Shown: positions 10,392 to 20,647, counted from the stretch's first letter. The stretch is DNA of 64,000 bases from Candidatus Saccharimonadales bacterium (GCA_041742395.1 JBGSIS010000005.1:18696-82695), one strand, 5' to 3'. Numbers and translations: made by a program. The notes: generated by a model from the letters alone, not told the origin.

Positions 10392-11282
10392 ATGAATGAT
10401 AAAAAAGTACGAAAAGCCGTAATCGCTGCAGCAGGGTTTGGTACTAGGTTTTTACCTCAAACAAAAGCAATGCCTAAGGAGATGCTGCCTGTTGTCGATA
10501 AACCAATAATTCAATATATTGTAGAGCAATTAGTTGAAGCGGGAATAGAAGACATTGTTATTGTTACTGGTTATCATAAGCGATCTATTGAAGACCATTT
10601 TGACCAAATGAGCGCGGAACTTAGGATAAATTTAAAAAGCGGTGGCAAGATTGATCTTTTAGAAGACACTAAAAAAATTTCAGATTTGGCTAATTTTGCT
10701 TATGTTAGACAAAAAGGACCATACGGTAGTGCAACTCCGATTGAAAATGTTCAACATCTGATAGGGGATGAGCCATTTATTTACACTTTTGCAGACGATA
10801 TAATAACCGCATCTCCAAACCGTTTTATTCAAATGATTGAACATTACGAAAAGTACAATACAACCATATTACCGTGTATTTCACTTACTGAAGATAGCCA
10901 GTTTGATAGATATGGAGTAATTGATGGCTCTCCAGTTAATGATGAGGTTATGAGAATTAATGCTTTAGTTGAAAAGCCCGGAAAACTGCATTCACCTTCA
11001 GATTTTGGTAGCGTCGGTGGATATTTACTCACTCCTGAAGTATTTAAGTACTTGGAACCCGGAAGAAATAGAATGAGTGGTGATGATGAATTCTATCTTA
11101 CAACTTACGTTTTAGAACCTATGATTGAAGATGGACACGAAATGTTCGCTGCCTTACTAAAAGACAGTAAGTACTATGACACTGGAAATAAGTTGGAATA
11201 TCTAAAAACAGTTGTCGACTTCGCCCTTGATCGCCCAGATATTAAAGATGATTTCATTAAATATCTTAAGACAAAAGTCTAA
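10392..11282 (+). CDS. galU: UTP--glucose-1-phosphate uridylyltransferase
   Basis: KAVIAAAGFGTRFLPQTKAMPKEMLPVVDKPIIQY is present. Size is 296 aa. RBS AAGGA. Confidence 0.9.
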   Translation: MNDKKVRKAVIAAAGFGTRFLPQTKAMPKEMLPVVDKPIIQYIVEQLVEAGIEDIVIVTGYHKRSIEDHFDQMSAELRINLKSGGKIDLLEDTKKISDLANFAYVRQKGPYGSATPIENVQHLIGDEPFIYTFADDIITASPNRFIQMIEHYEKYNTTILPCISLTEDSQFDRYGVIDGSPVNDEVMRINALVEKPGKLHSPSDFGSVGGYLLTPEVFKYLEPGRNRMSGDDEFYLTTYVLEPMIEDGHEMFAALLKDSKYYDTGNKLEYLKTVVDFALDRPDIKDDFIKYLKTKV

Positions 11283-11304
11283 AATTACTAAAATAGCTAT
11301 AATA

Positions 11305-11313
11305 TGGTATAAT
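11305..11313 (+). promoter_or_regulatory. Extended -10 (TGgTATAAT) 7 nt upstream of the ATG at 11321; a candidate leaderless promoter
   Basis: TGGTATAAT at 11305-11313, with another TATAAT at 11298-11303. Confidence 0.35.
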
Positions 11314-11320
11314 TAGTAAT

Positions 11321-11584
11321 ATGAATGAAGCAGCTGAAATTTTGGTAGTTTTCTTGTCAGTAGCATTGGCAATATTTTTAATACTTGGCATAGTAGTCCT
11401 AAGTATGACCATTAAGTTACTTAAGAGCCTGCAAAGAATTTCAGAAAAAGCTGAAGAAATGTCTGAGATAATCGAAGAATCAGTTAGGTCATTTACTAAT
11501 ATGAAGGCAATTTCATCTCTCATAACTTTGTTTAATAAGTTTAGTACTAATAAAAGGAGCGGACGATATGGGAAAAAATACTAA
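11321..11584 (+). CDS. Hypothetical small membrane protein
   Basis: 87 aa with an N-terminal TM followed by a charged helix. It overlaps the next ORF by 17 nt. Confidence 0.4.
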   Translation: MNEAAEILVVFLSVALAIFLILGIVVLSMTIKLLKSLQRISEKAEEMSEIIEESVRSFTNMKAISSLITLFNKFSTNKRSGRYGKKY

Positions 11585-11981
11585 AAACGCGGCAACATTT
11601 ACGGTAATTGCAGCATTACTCGGTTATATCGCTGGAATTCTAACTGCACCAAAGAGCGGTAAAGAAACACGTTCAGATCTTAAAGACGCTGCAGTTAGAA
11701 CTAAAAAAGAATTAGAACGTCGATTGAAAAATCTTTACGAAGAACTAAGTGACTTAATTGACAAATCAGAACTGAAATTAAAAGAACTAAAAGGACGATC
11801 TAGTTTACAGCTAAAACTGGCAATTAAAAAAGCCAAGAATGCAAAAGACACAACAAGAGAAGTTCTCAGTGCACTACACGAAGGTGAAGCAGACGATCAA
11901 GATCTTAATGATGCCGTTAAAGAACTTAATGACGCTATGGAAAATCTCAAGAAGTATGTCACTAAATCTAATCCACAGTAA
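11568..11981 (+). CDS. YtxH-like (DUF948) small membrane/stress protein
   Basis: An N-terminal TM followed by APKSGKETRSDLKD and a long charged coiled-coil. RBS AAGGAG. Confidence 0.55.
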   Translation: MGKNTKNAATFTVIAALLGYIAGILTAPKSGKETRSDLKDAAVRTKKELERRLKNLYEELSDLIDKSELKLKELKGRSSLQLKLAIKKAKNAKDTTREVLSALHEGEADDQDLNDAVKELNDAMENLKKYVTKSNPQ

Positions 11982-12005
11982 CTTGTTGTAATAATAAACC
12001 TGAAT

Positions 12006-12044
12006 AAAACCCCCTAATCTATTAGAATATAGAAAAGGGGGTTT
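12006..12044 (+). terminator. Stem-loop (AAAACCCCC...GGGGGTTTT) followed by a T-rich tract. It probably terminates the upstream gene, and its 3' arm is the dnaE SD.
   Basis: Perfect 8-9-bp arms at 12006-12014 and 12037-12044 with an internally palindromic loop, followed by ATTAATTTT. The dnaE TTG start lies at 12052. Confidence 0.45.
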
Positions 12045-12051
12045 ATTAATT

Positions 12052-15000
12052 TTGCGAAAAAATATCAGAAGTGCTGATTACGTTCATTTGCACAATCATA
12101 CACAATATAGTTTATTGGATGGATTAACTAAAGTTCCAGATTTGATAGAGTATATCAAAGAAAAAGGAATGAATGCAGTAGCTATGACTGATCATGGCAC
12201 TCTATCAGGTAGTTTGGAGTTTTACAAAGAGGCAACAGCAAACGAAGTAAAGCCAATAATTGGCATAGAGACATATGTTGCTGCCAGAAGTTTGCACGAC
12301 AAGGATCCGAATAAAGATAAACCAAATTATCACTTGATTCTTTTAGCTATGAATAATAAGGGCTATGAGAATTTGATGAGAATAAGCACAGAAGCTAACC
12401 TAAATGGGTTTTACTATAAACCAAGAGTTGACCATGCTTTACTTAAAAAATACAACGAAGGCTTAATAGTATTAAGCGGATGTATTGGTGGAGAAATTGG
12501 AGATGCACTTAGGAAAGATCAGTATGAACAAGCCAAAAAAACTGCAATTTGGTATAAATCAGTATTTGGGGATAGATACTATTTCGAGGTACAAGATCAT
12601 GGGCATCCAGATCATCCTTCTGTATGGAATGAACAGGTTGATGTTACACGTAAGACATTTAAATTAGCGAAGGAACTAGATATTGATTGTGTGCTTACTT
12701 GCGATGCTCATTATTTAAGACATGAAGATCAAGAAGCTCACGAGATTTTACTCTGTGTTCAGACAGGATCATTTTTAAGCGATGAAAAGAGGATGTCTCT
12801 TAAAAATTTTGAGCTACATGTAACTGACCCTAAAGATTTGATTGAGAGATGGGGGAAAGAAAATCCGGAAGTAATAACAAATACTTCAAAAATAGCCGAG
12901 AGATGTAGCGTCAGTATTGAACTCGGTAAAATACTAATACCTAAATTCGAAGTTCCAGAAGGCTATAATGAAAAAACTTATTTAGATGAAAACGTATTTA
13001 ATGGTTTGGTAGAAAGATATACAGACACTAAAGTTAGTAGTCAAAGTGTAAATAATGCAAAGAAACTTTTACCAGAAAAAATATTAAAAAGAGCCGAATA
13101 TGAACTGTCTGTAATTGAACAAATGGGTTTTAACGGTTATTTCTTGATTATTGCTGATTTTATAAACTGGGGTAAAGACCAAGGTATTGTTTTTGGTCCA
13201 GGACGAGGTTCTGCTGCTGGTTCAATTATTGCATATGCACTCAAGATTACAGAACTTGACCCAATGGCATACGACTTATTATTTGAAAGGTTTTTAAACC
13301 CAGACAGAGTCTCAATGCCTGATATAGATATCGATATTCAAGATTCACGTCGTGACGAAGTTATCCAATATTGCGTCGACAAGTATGGTGAAAATAGAGT
13401 AGCTAATATCGTGACCTTTGGTAGAATGGCGGCCAGAAACGCCGTCAGAGACGTTTCGAGAGTGTTACAAGTTCCTTATGCGGAGGCTGACAGGCTAGCC
13501 AAAATGATTCCTCCACCAGTACAGGGTCGTCACATTCCACTAAAAAAATCTATTGTAGATGACCCTAGTCTTAAGCAAGAGTACGAGGCGAACGAGCAAA
13601 CAAAGCAGATTTTTGATCTTGCGATTCAGCTTGAAGGGACAATTAGGAGTCATGGTGTTCATGCTGCTGGAGTTGTCATTGCTCCAGATGAAATAGTAAA
13701 GTTTACTCCACTTGAAATGGCTCAAAAAGGTGTTGTAACTACTCAATATTCAATGGGACCAATAGAAGAACTCGGTTTGTTAAAAATGGATTTTCTTGGA
13801 CTATCTAATCTCACAATTATAAATAACACACTTAGGATAATTAGAAAGGTCTTCAAAAAAGATATTATTTTAAATTCTTTACCTTTAGATGATTCAAAGA
13901 CTTTTGAGCTTTTGAAAAAAGGAGAAACTACAGGAGTATTCCAGCTAGAATCAGCAGGCATGAAGCGATATCTTAAAGAGCTGAAGCCGACAGTATTTGA
14001 AGATATAATCGCGATGGGCGCCCTATATAGGCCTGGTCCACTTACCGCTGGACTTACAGATAAGTTTATTTCTAGAAAAAATGGTTTAGAAAAAGTTTCA
14101 TTTGACCATCAACTCATGGAACCAGCTCTTCGAGACACTTATGGTGTAATGGTTTATCAGGAACAATTTATGCAGATTGTAAGAGATATGTGTGGTTTCT
14201 CTGGTGGAGAATCAGATACATTAAGGAAAGCTGTCGGTAAGAAGAAGAGGGACATGATGGCCAAAATGAAAACCCAGGTTATCGATGGTGCAGTAAAAAA
14301 TGGGGTAGACAAAGTAATTGTTGAAAAGTTTTGGAAAGACCTTGAGGGTTTTGCTGACTATGCATTTAACAAATCTCATGCTGCATGCTATGGTCTGATT
14401 TCTTATCAGACTGCATATCTAAAAGCTCATTATCCGGGTGCATTTATGGCAGCACTTATGACAAGCGATTTTGATGATAGTGATAGGCTAGCTATTGAGA
14501 TTACAGAATGTAAACATATGGGAATAAAAGTTTTACCTCCAGATATAAATGAGTCATTCGTTGAGTTTGCAGTTGTGCCAGATAAGAGTGAAGTAAGATT
14601 CGGGTTAGCTGCAATTAAAAATGTCGGAGTTGGTGCCGTTGAAGAATTATTATCAATTCGTGAAGAAAGTGGTAAATTTAAGGATATAGATGATTTCTTT
14701 ACAAGGATAAATCCGAGATTAATAAATAGAAAAGTCATTGAGAGTTTAATAAAGTCAGGGGCTTTTGATAGCTTCGAAAGGCGTGATCTTTTACTTCATA
14801 ATATCGATATACTGATTAGCTTGGCAAATAAGGAATATAAAAGAAAATCAAGCGGACAAACTGACTTGTTTGGAAACGATACTGAAGAAAGCACAATTTC
14901 AATTAGAAATAATCTTTCTGAAGATTTTGAAAAAGTTGAAAATCGTCAATTTCTAATTTGGGAAAGAGAACTTCTGGGTATCTACGTCAGTCAACATCCA

Positions 15001-15684
15001 CTTGAAGATTTTGAAAATATACTAAATGAGAAAACAGTCCCTATTAAATTAAAAAATAAAAAAAACGATAACAAAACAGTCACAGTTGGCGGTATAATTA
15101 CTGACAAAAGAGAGATAACTACAAAAAATGGCCAAAAAATGGCATTTGTAAAAATGGAGGACCTAATAAACGAAATTGAACTCATACTATTTCCTGGAGT
15201 TTACCAAGAAACCACCGGAATTTGGGAGAAAGACAATGTAGTTATTGCAAAAGGTAAGATAAATACAAAAAACAAAGACGGAGATGTAACAGACGAAATT
15301 AAAGTTCTAGTTAATGAGGCGAGAGAGTTGACTCCAGAACAGGCAGCAGCATATGTACCTACAGGCAAAAAAGTAAATTTAGCTGCTAAAAAAACAAAAA
15401 AATCTTCTGTTCCGAATGTCGTAAAAACTCTGCCCAAAGAAGGAATTGACGAGGTTGAAACCAAGCGACTTTACATAAGAGTAAATAGTACAAAGCAACA
15501 AGATGAGTTGATTAGTATAAAAAAACTGCTTGATGCAAATCATGGAGATACTGAAGTTGTATTGGTGATTGGAGAAAAAAGCAAGCAAGAGGCAATTCGT
15601 TTACCTCAGAAAACTGTTGTATCCGATAGACTTATTGAAGAACTTAGGTCTCACTTGGGTGACGGCAATATTGTTTTCAGCTAG
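12052..15684 (+). CDS. dnaE: DNA polymerase III alpha subunit
   Basis: 1210 aa. The N-terminal PHP domain (VHLHNHTQYSLLDG) and the polymerase core (GPGRGSAAGS, MPDIDIDI) are present. TTG start, 10 nt after GGGGG. Confidence 0.95.
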   Translation: MRKNIRSADYVHLHNHTQYSLLDGLTKVPDLIEYIKEKGMNAVAMTDHGTLSGSLEFYKEATANEVKPIIGIETYVAARSLHDKDPNKDKPNYHLILLAMNNKGYENLMRISTEANLNGFYYKPRVDHALLKKYNEGLIVLSGCIGGEIGDALRKDQYEQAKKTAIWYKSVFGDRYYFEVQDHGHPDHPSVWNEQVDVTRKTFKLAKELDIDCVLTCDAHYLRHEDQEAHEILLCVQTGSFLSDEKRMSLKNFELHVTDPKDLIERWGKENPEVITNTSKIAERCSVSIELGKILIPKFEVPEGYNEKTYLDENVFNGLVERYTDTKVSSQSVNNAKKLLPEKILKRAEYELSVIEQMGFNGYFLIIADFINWGKDQGIVFGPGRGSAAGSIIAYALKITELDPMAYDLLFERFLNPDRVSMPDIDIDIQDSRRDEVIQYCVDKYGENRVANIVTFGRMAARNAVRDVSRVLQVPYAEADRLAKMIPPPVQGRHIPLKKSIVDDPSLKQEYEANEQTKQIFDLAIQLEGTIRSHGVHAAGVVIAPDEIVKFTPLEMAQKGVVTTQYSMGPIEELGLLKMDFLGLSNLTIINNTLRIIRKVFKKDIILNSLPLDDSKTFELLKKGETTGVFQLESAGMKRYLKELKPTVFEDIIAMGALYRPGPLTAGLTDKFISRKNGLEKVSFDHQLMEPALRDTYGVMVYQEQFMQIVRDMCGFSGGESDTLRKAVGKKKRDMMAKMKTQVIDGAVKNGVDKVIVEKFWKDLEGFADYAFNKSHAACYGLISYQTAYLKAHYPGAFMAALMTSDFDDSDRLAIEITECKHMGIKVLPPDINESFVEFAVVPDKSEVRFGLAAIKNVGVGAVEELLSIREESGKFKDIDDFFTRINPRLINRKVIESLIKSGAFDSFERRDLLLHNIDILISLANKEYKRKSSGQTDLFGNDTEESTISIRNNLSEDFEKVENRQFLIWERELLGIYVSQHPLEDFENILNEKTVPIKLKNKKNDNKTVTVGGIITDKREITTKNGQKMAFVKMEDLINEIELILFPGVYQETTGIWEKDNVVIAKGKINTKNKDGDVTDEIKVLVNEARELTPEQAAAYVPTGKKVNLAAKKTKKSSVPNVVKTLPKEGIDEVETKRLYIRVNSTKQQDELISIKKLLDANHGDTEVVLVIGEKSKQEAIRLPQKTVVSDRLIEELRSHLGDGNIVFS

Positions 15685-16622
15685 AGGATGTTGCCAACGT
15701 TTCTTAACAATGTTATTCCTAGTATAATTAATCCAATTATTGTCGAGTCTATTAGAGGGTGATGAGTAACGAAATTTTTACTATCTTTAAATAGTTTTCT
15801 TAATCTAACAGTGTGACGCAGCATTAATATTGCAATTAAGAAGCCTACTCCAAACGTTACTGTTCCAATTAGCCATGTAGGCAAACTACTGGAAAGTGTT
15901 TCTACTCGACTTACAGACTTTTGAGAGGCAGTAACAACTTCAATTTTGGTATTGTTTTGATTGGAATCTTGTTTATCGGCAGTGTTTGGGGTTGGGGTTT
16001 GTTGGGTTACTTCTGGAGTTGTTTGAGACTTAGAAGCCAATACATAGGGCTTTCCATACATTGCAACCACTATAGTTTCTTGTCCGGAGTCGTTAAAATC
16101 ACTACTATTTGCATATCCAAAACCTACTTCAGTAAAATCTGAATCTAATAAGTTTTCTTTGTGAGACTGGCTGTTCATCCAGCCATTAATAGTGGTGTCG
16201 CTTGTCGTAAAGCCGTATGCTAGGTTTTCACCTGCTTTAAAGTAACTATAGCCAGAGGAGTTAATAAAAACCCAGGGCTCTTTACCATCGGGAGTATTAT
16301 GAGACCAGTAATTTCTTGTTACCATATCATTTGCTTTTGCTTGTGCGGCACTATTTAATTTATCGTTAATTGCTAACTCTCCTTTACCGTAGTTAGTTCT
16401 CTGAGAATTGGTGGAGCTCAATAACGACTGTCTGTTCATTTCAGTAGCATATGCTAGTGTTCCTTGTCGTGGATTTTGGCCGCTAATAAAAATACTTAGA
16501 AAAACAAGGATAGTCATTGGTAAATATGGAAAATAAGTATCCTGAAAATTTTTATTTCTTTTCTGATGATGACCAAATCTTTTTTTGTTGTACTCGGTCT
16601 TTATTTTAATTGCTTTTTTCAT
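15681..16622 (-). CDS. CAP/SCP/PR-1-like domain protein (YkwD-like) with terminal TM segments
   Basis: LNSAAQAKANDMVTRNYWSHNTP...YFKAGENLAYGF...INGWMNSQSHKENLL...FTEVGFGYA matches the CAP domain. There is a TM near the N-terminus and two near the C-terminus. Its stop overlaps the dnaE stop (CTAG). Confidence 0.7.
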   Translation of the reverse strand: MKKAIKIKTEYNKKRFGHHQKRNKNFQDTYFPYLPMTILVFLSIFISGQNPRQGTLAYATEMNRQSLLSSTNSQRTNYGKGELAINDKLNSAAQAKANDMVTRNYWSHNTPDGKEPWVFINSSGYSYFKAGENLAYGFTTSDTTINGWMNSQSHKENLLDSDFTEVGFGYANSSDFNDSGQETIVVAMYGKPYVLASKSQTTPEVTQQTPTPNTADKQDSNQNNTKIEVVTASQKSVSRVETLSSSLPTWLIGTVTFGVGFLIAILMLRHTVRLRKLFKDSKNFVTHHPLIDSTIIGLIILGITLLRNVGNIL

Positions 16623-16651
16623 TTTATATTAATTGTACTAAGATTTAGTTC

Positions 16652-17155
16652 TTATGGCAAAAAGAGTAGCCTGTATATAGCAATTGCTGTAGCGCTAGAA
16701 ACATTCAATGATTCTTTTTTTCCTGGCATTGTTATTTCTGCGATTAAGTCGCATTGATCTAGAACTTCTTTATCAACTCCAGTAATCTCATTACCTAATA
16801 TTAGGACTATTTTATTTTGAAATTTTAGAGTGGTTAAATCCTTCGATTTGTTGTCCTGTTCTAATGCTATAATCTGATAACCTAATTTTTTGAATTTAAT
16901 AATAATATCGAATATATTAGCGTCATTATGTTCCCAGTCTATTTCTTTTTGGGATCCTAAAGCTGTCTTATTTATTTGTTTATCAATTTTATTAGATAAG
17001 TGGGGTAGCCGAGTATCGATCTTTTCTAATGGATATGGTGTGTATCCAGATAGAATTATTTTTTTGACACCAAGTCCTTCTGCAGTTCTAAATATTGAAC
17101 CCACATTGTGAGTACTCCTTATATCGTTAATAATTACAATTAATTCTCTATTCAT
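16652..17155 (-). CDS. SpoU/TrmH-family RNA 2'-O-methyltransferase
   Basis: IVIINDIRSTHNVGSIFRTAEGLG and ILGNEITGV are present. I chose the internal ATG (MNRELIVI) as start; the longer ORF to 17257 would overlap the pilB start. Confidence 0.75.
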   Translation of the reverse strand: MNRELIVIINDIRSTHNVGSIFRTAEGLGVKKIILSGYTPYPLEKIDTRLPHLSNKIDKQINKTALGSQKEIDWEHNDANIFDIIIKFKKLGYQIIALEQDNKSKDLTTLKFQNKIVLILGNEITGVDKEVLDQCDLIAEITMPGKKESLNVSSATAIAIYRLLFLP

Positions 17156-17215
17156 TGTAGGTATATTATCATCTATCTTTGAATCGTGACTTTGCTTATG
17201 CTTTAATATAACAGT

Positions 17216-18823
17216 ATGGGACAAGATGCTAGAAGAGAAGAAGAAAGTAATACACAAAGAAGAGCAAGAATTCTTGGATTAGACTACTACGACACATCAA
17301 CTTCTCCACCGGAGCAGAGAGTTAAGTATGATCTGCTTACACCTCAAGAGATAGAATCCATAAAAGTAGTTCCGGTTAATGCTAGTGAGCATAGCGTAGT
17401 GTTTGGAGTGACTAATACTACCTCTCAGCAAACCATGACTAATCTTCGGAATAGATTTCTTGATCAGAAAGTAAATTTTGCTTTAATTTCTGACAACGGC
17501 TACCGTGAGTACGTTAGGCTCTATAATCCACCAAAACAGGTTATTTACCATGACATAGAAGTCAACTCATCCGATAATGAATTAAATATTAAGAATGTTT
17601 CAGGTGTACTTGAGCAGGTCAGGGCAAGTGATATGTTAGCTTATCTCGTTCAGCAGGCACACAGACTCAACTCATCAGACATCCACGTAGAAGCTCAGAG
17701 AGGTTTTGCAAAAATAAGATTTAGAATTGATGGTGTTTTACATCCAATAGCAAAACTTTCTATGGAAAAATATAGGATTTTAATATCAGCAATTGCTAGT
17801 TCTGGAGATGTTTCTACTTCATCGGATGAAGCCCAACAAGGACATGTGTCTCAAAAAGTGAGAATGGAGGATGGCTCTGAAGTAGATATCAATCTAAGAT
17901 TAGAAACAGTTCAAACAGTCAATGGTATGGATATTGTAATGAGATTATTTAATATGGATGCCACCATGTACACACTGGACAAATTGCAACTTTCGCAGGA
18001 TGAACGAAAGGTAGTTGATGAGATAATCAGTAAACCTAGTGGACTTGTTATGGTCGTAGGCCCAACCGGGTCAGGAAAGACGACTACTCTATATTCAATT
18101 CTGAATACTTTAAACAGTGAAGAACGTAAAATCATAACTGTGGAAGACCCTGTAGAATATCAATTTCCTGGAATTAGTCAAATTTCAGTCACATCTAAAG
18201 GTCAAACAGCTAGTTCTTTTGCCGAAAAGCTAAAAGCGATTCTTAGGCTAGACCCGGACATTGTTATGGTTGGCGAGATTAGAGACCTTGATACTGCAAA
18301 AACTGCCTTACAGGCTTCACTCACTGGTCATCTAGTATTGTCAACGTTCCATGCTTCATCGGCATCTGCAGCTTTGACAAGAATTATGGACGTAGTCGGT
18401 GAAAACCCTCTTTTTGTATCTGCAATAAGATTAGTTATGGCTCAACGGCTTGTAAGATGCTTAGATGATTCAACTAAACAATCTTACCAACCGGACGAAG
18501 TTACTAAACAAAACATCCAAGAAGTTTTAAATACCTTGCCCAGTCACTTGCAAAAGCCAGATGTAAATAATTTAGTATTGTATAAACCTGGTTCTTCTCC
18601 ACAGAATCCTTATGGCTATAAGGGCCAAGTACCTCTAAGAGAACAATTTGTCATGACCGGAGAAATTCGGCTATTACTAGAATCAGGTAATAAGAATTTG
18701 TCAGCTCAGCAAATTGAAGAAGCAGCAATTAAAAGTGGCATGAAGACGATGCTACAAGATGGAATACTTAAGGTTTGTGAAGGTAAGACGACACTTGAAG
18801 AGGTCTATAGGGTTGTAGGATAG
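17216..18823 (+). CDS. pilB: Type II/IV secretion-system ATPase (PilB/GspE family)
   Basis: Walker A GLVMVVGPTGSGKTTTL, VEDPVEY, DIVMVGEIRD and the GspE N-terminal domain are present. Size is 535 aa. Confidence 0.85.
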   Translation: MGQDARREEESNTQRRARILGLDYYDTSTSPPEQRVKYDLLTPQEIESIKVVPVNASEHSVVFGVTNTTSQQTMTNLRNRFLDQKVNFALISDNGYREYVRLYNPPKQVIYHDIEVNSSDNELNIKNVSGVLEQVRASDMLAYLVQQAHRLNSSDIHVEAQRGFAKIRFRIDGVLHPIAKLSMEKYRILISAIASSGDVSTSSDEAQQGHVSQKVRMEDGSEVDINLRLETVQTVNGMDIVMRLFNMDATMYTLDKLQLSQDERKVVDEIISKPSGLVMVVGPTGSGKTTTLYSILNTLNSEERKIITVEDPVEYQFPGISQISVTSKGQTASSFAEKLKAILRLDPDIVMVGEIRDLDTAKTALQASLTGHLVLSTFHASSASAALTRIMDVVGENPLFVSAIRLVMAQRLVRCLDDSTKQSYQPDEVTKQNIQEVLNTLPSHLQKPDVNNLVLYKPGSSPQNPYGYKGQVPLREQFVMTGEIRLLLESGNKNLSAQQIEEAAIKSGMKTMLQDGILKVCEGKTTLEEVYRVVG

Positions 18824-18868
18824 GGTTAGCTATGTACTTGAAGTTGAAGGATAGTTTTTAATACGAAT

Positions 18869-20005
18869 CTAGACGATTACCTTAGAAATCTCGTTAACTA
18901 ATCTTTCGTCTAATACAGACGGGATTATCATATTTGGATTTGGATCTGTGACTAAATTAGCTATTGTTTCTGCAGCGGCAATTTTGTGTTGATCAGTGAT
19001 TTCTGTGACTCTATTATCTAGAGCACCCCTAAAAATGCCAGGAAAGGCGAGTGCATTATTAACTTGATTTGGGAAGTCACTTCTTCCAGTTGCCATAACT
19101 GCAACACCTGATTTTTTGGCCTCTTTTGGTAAAATCTCAGGTTCTGGGTTAGCCATTGCAAAAATTATAGGATCCTTGGACATCAATTTAACCAATCCAC
19201 CATTGAGAAGCTTGCCCTTAGAAACTCCTATAAAAATATCTGCATTTTCGAGAGCTTTAGATAAATCTCCATCAATGTTATTTGGGTTAGTAAACTCGAG
19301 TAATTTAATTTTTTCGCTATTCAGGTCAGTTCGGTTTTTAGTCACAATGCCTTTACTATCAACTGCAATTATTTCTGGATTTGCGTAAAGATTGAGTAGC
19401 TTTATTATCGAAGTTCCAGCTGCACCTGCACCTACTATCACAATTTTTGTCTTACTCAAATCTCTTCCAGTTATTTTTGCGGCATTAATCAGACCAGCTA
19501 GAACTACAATGGCAGTTCCGTGTTGATCATCGTGAAACACCGGTATTTCTAATTCTTTTTTTAGTATATCTTCAATTTCAAAACATTGCGGAGCGGCAAT
19601 ATCTTCAAGATTAATGCCTCCGAAACTTGGTGCAATAGCTTTGATGGTGTTTATTATCTCATCAACAGTATGAACATCAAGAATTATTGGTACAGCATCA
19701 ATATCTGCAAATTGTTTAAAAAGCATAGCTTTACCTTCCATTACTGGTAATGCACCATAAGGGCCTATATTGCCTAATCCTAGAACAGCTGAACCATCGC
19801 TAATTACAGCTACATTATTATTTAGCCAAGTGTAATTTCTTGATTCTTTAGGGTTAGTCGCTAAAAGTGTCGATACACTGGCTACACCTGGAGTGTAGTA
19901 TGTACTTAACTTATCCTGTGTGTCAGGCTTATCTTTAAGTTTAAGGGATATTTTACCTTTCATCTGTTTGTGTTTTTTTAGTGCTTCTTCTCCAAAATTT
20001 ATCAT
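18869..20005 (-). CDS. NAD(P)-dependent malic enzyme (short form)
   Basis: YYTPGVA...[31 protein letters not shown] and the Rossmann GAGAAG are present. Size is 378 aa. Confidence 0.85.
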   Translation of the reverse strand: MINFGEEALKKHKQMKGKISLKLKDKPDTQDKLSTYYTPGVASVSTLLATNPKESRNYTWLNNNVAVISDGSAVLGLGNIGPYGALPVMEGKAMLFKQFADIDAVPIILDVHTVDEIINTIKAIAPSFGGINLEDIAAPQCFEIEDILKKELEIPVFHDDQHGTAIVVLAGLINAAKITGRDLSKTKIVIVGAGAAGTSIIKLLNLYANPEIIAVDSKGIVTKNRTDLNSEKIKLLEFTNPNNIDGDLSKALENADIFIGVSKGKLLNGGLVKLMSKDPIIFAMANPEPEILPKEAKKSGVAVMATGRSDFPNQVNNALAFPGIFRGALDNRVTEITDQHKIAAAETIANLVTDPNPNMIIPSVLDERLVNEISKVIV

Positions 20006-20100
20006 ATAAATATGATAGCATCATTAATATTAAAAATATGTTTAATAAATACAACTTTTATCTTGCAAAAGACTATAAATTAGTGTAGGATAGTTTGGTC

Positions 20101-20580
20101 ATGGAGTCAGTAATTAAACAAATCGAAAACAGGTACAAGAAATCTCAAGTTGTTGATGTAATGCCTGGCGATACTGTAAAGGTTCATCAAAAAATTAAAG
20201 AAGGCAATAAAGAAAGAATTCAAATATTTCAAGGCCTAGTAATACGAGTTGATCGGAAAAATAGTCACACTGCTAGAATTTTAGTAAGAAGAATCAGTAG
20301 TGGAATTGGTGTAGAAAAAAGTTTTCTTCTACATAGTCCATTAGTCACTAAAGTTGAAGTCACTAAAAGAAGTAAAGTTCGCCGTAATTATCTAACATAC
20401 ATGCGAGAAAGAACTGGAAAGTCCGCTAGACTGAGTAATGTCGATTTTGACAAACAAGCAGTAAACGAAATTGAAGAAGAAAAACCACAAGAAGCCAGTA
20501 GTGAAAATGCTGATAAACAGCATGACGCAACTGAACTTATTATAGAAGAAACACCCAAGGAAGAGACAAAATCCAAATAA
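20101..20580 (+). CDS. rplS: 50S ribosomal protein L19 with an acidic/Lys-rich C-terminal extension
   Basis: KVHQKIKEGNKERIQIFQGLVIRV...ARILVRRIS is present. ATG at 20101 with AGGA 10 nt upstream (the ORF track starts at TTG 20095). A tail of about 50 aa extends beyond the usual L19 length. Confidence 0.9.
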   Translation: MESVIKQIENRYKKSQVVDVMPGDTVKVHQKIKEGNKERIQIFQGLVIRVDRKNSHTARILVRRISSGIGVEKSFLLHSPLVTKVEVTKRSKVRRNYLTYMRERTGKSARLSNVDFDKQAVNEIEEEKPQEASSENADKQHDATELIIEETPKEETKSK

Positions 20581-20615
20581 GATTTTATTGAGATTAAAAG
20601 AAATTAAATCCTTAA

Positions 20616-20647
20616 ATACACCACTACTCAAAGTGGTGTATTTTGTT
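20616..20647 (+). terminator. Rho-independent terminator after rplS
   Basis: Perfect 11-bp stem AATACACCACT/AGTGGTGTATT with loop ACTCAA, followed by TTTGTTATATTT. Confidence 0.7.

Noticed and set aside
16652-17257. Long form of the TrmH ORF
   Set aside because: The N-terminal 34 residues are non-conserved and would overlap the divergent pilB start. The internal ATG at 17155 matches the family N-terminus.
20063-20091. TTGCAA-17-TAGGAT as the rplS promoter
   Set aside because: The proposed -10 overlaps the rplS SD (AGGA). It is not convincing.
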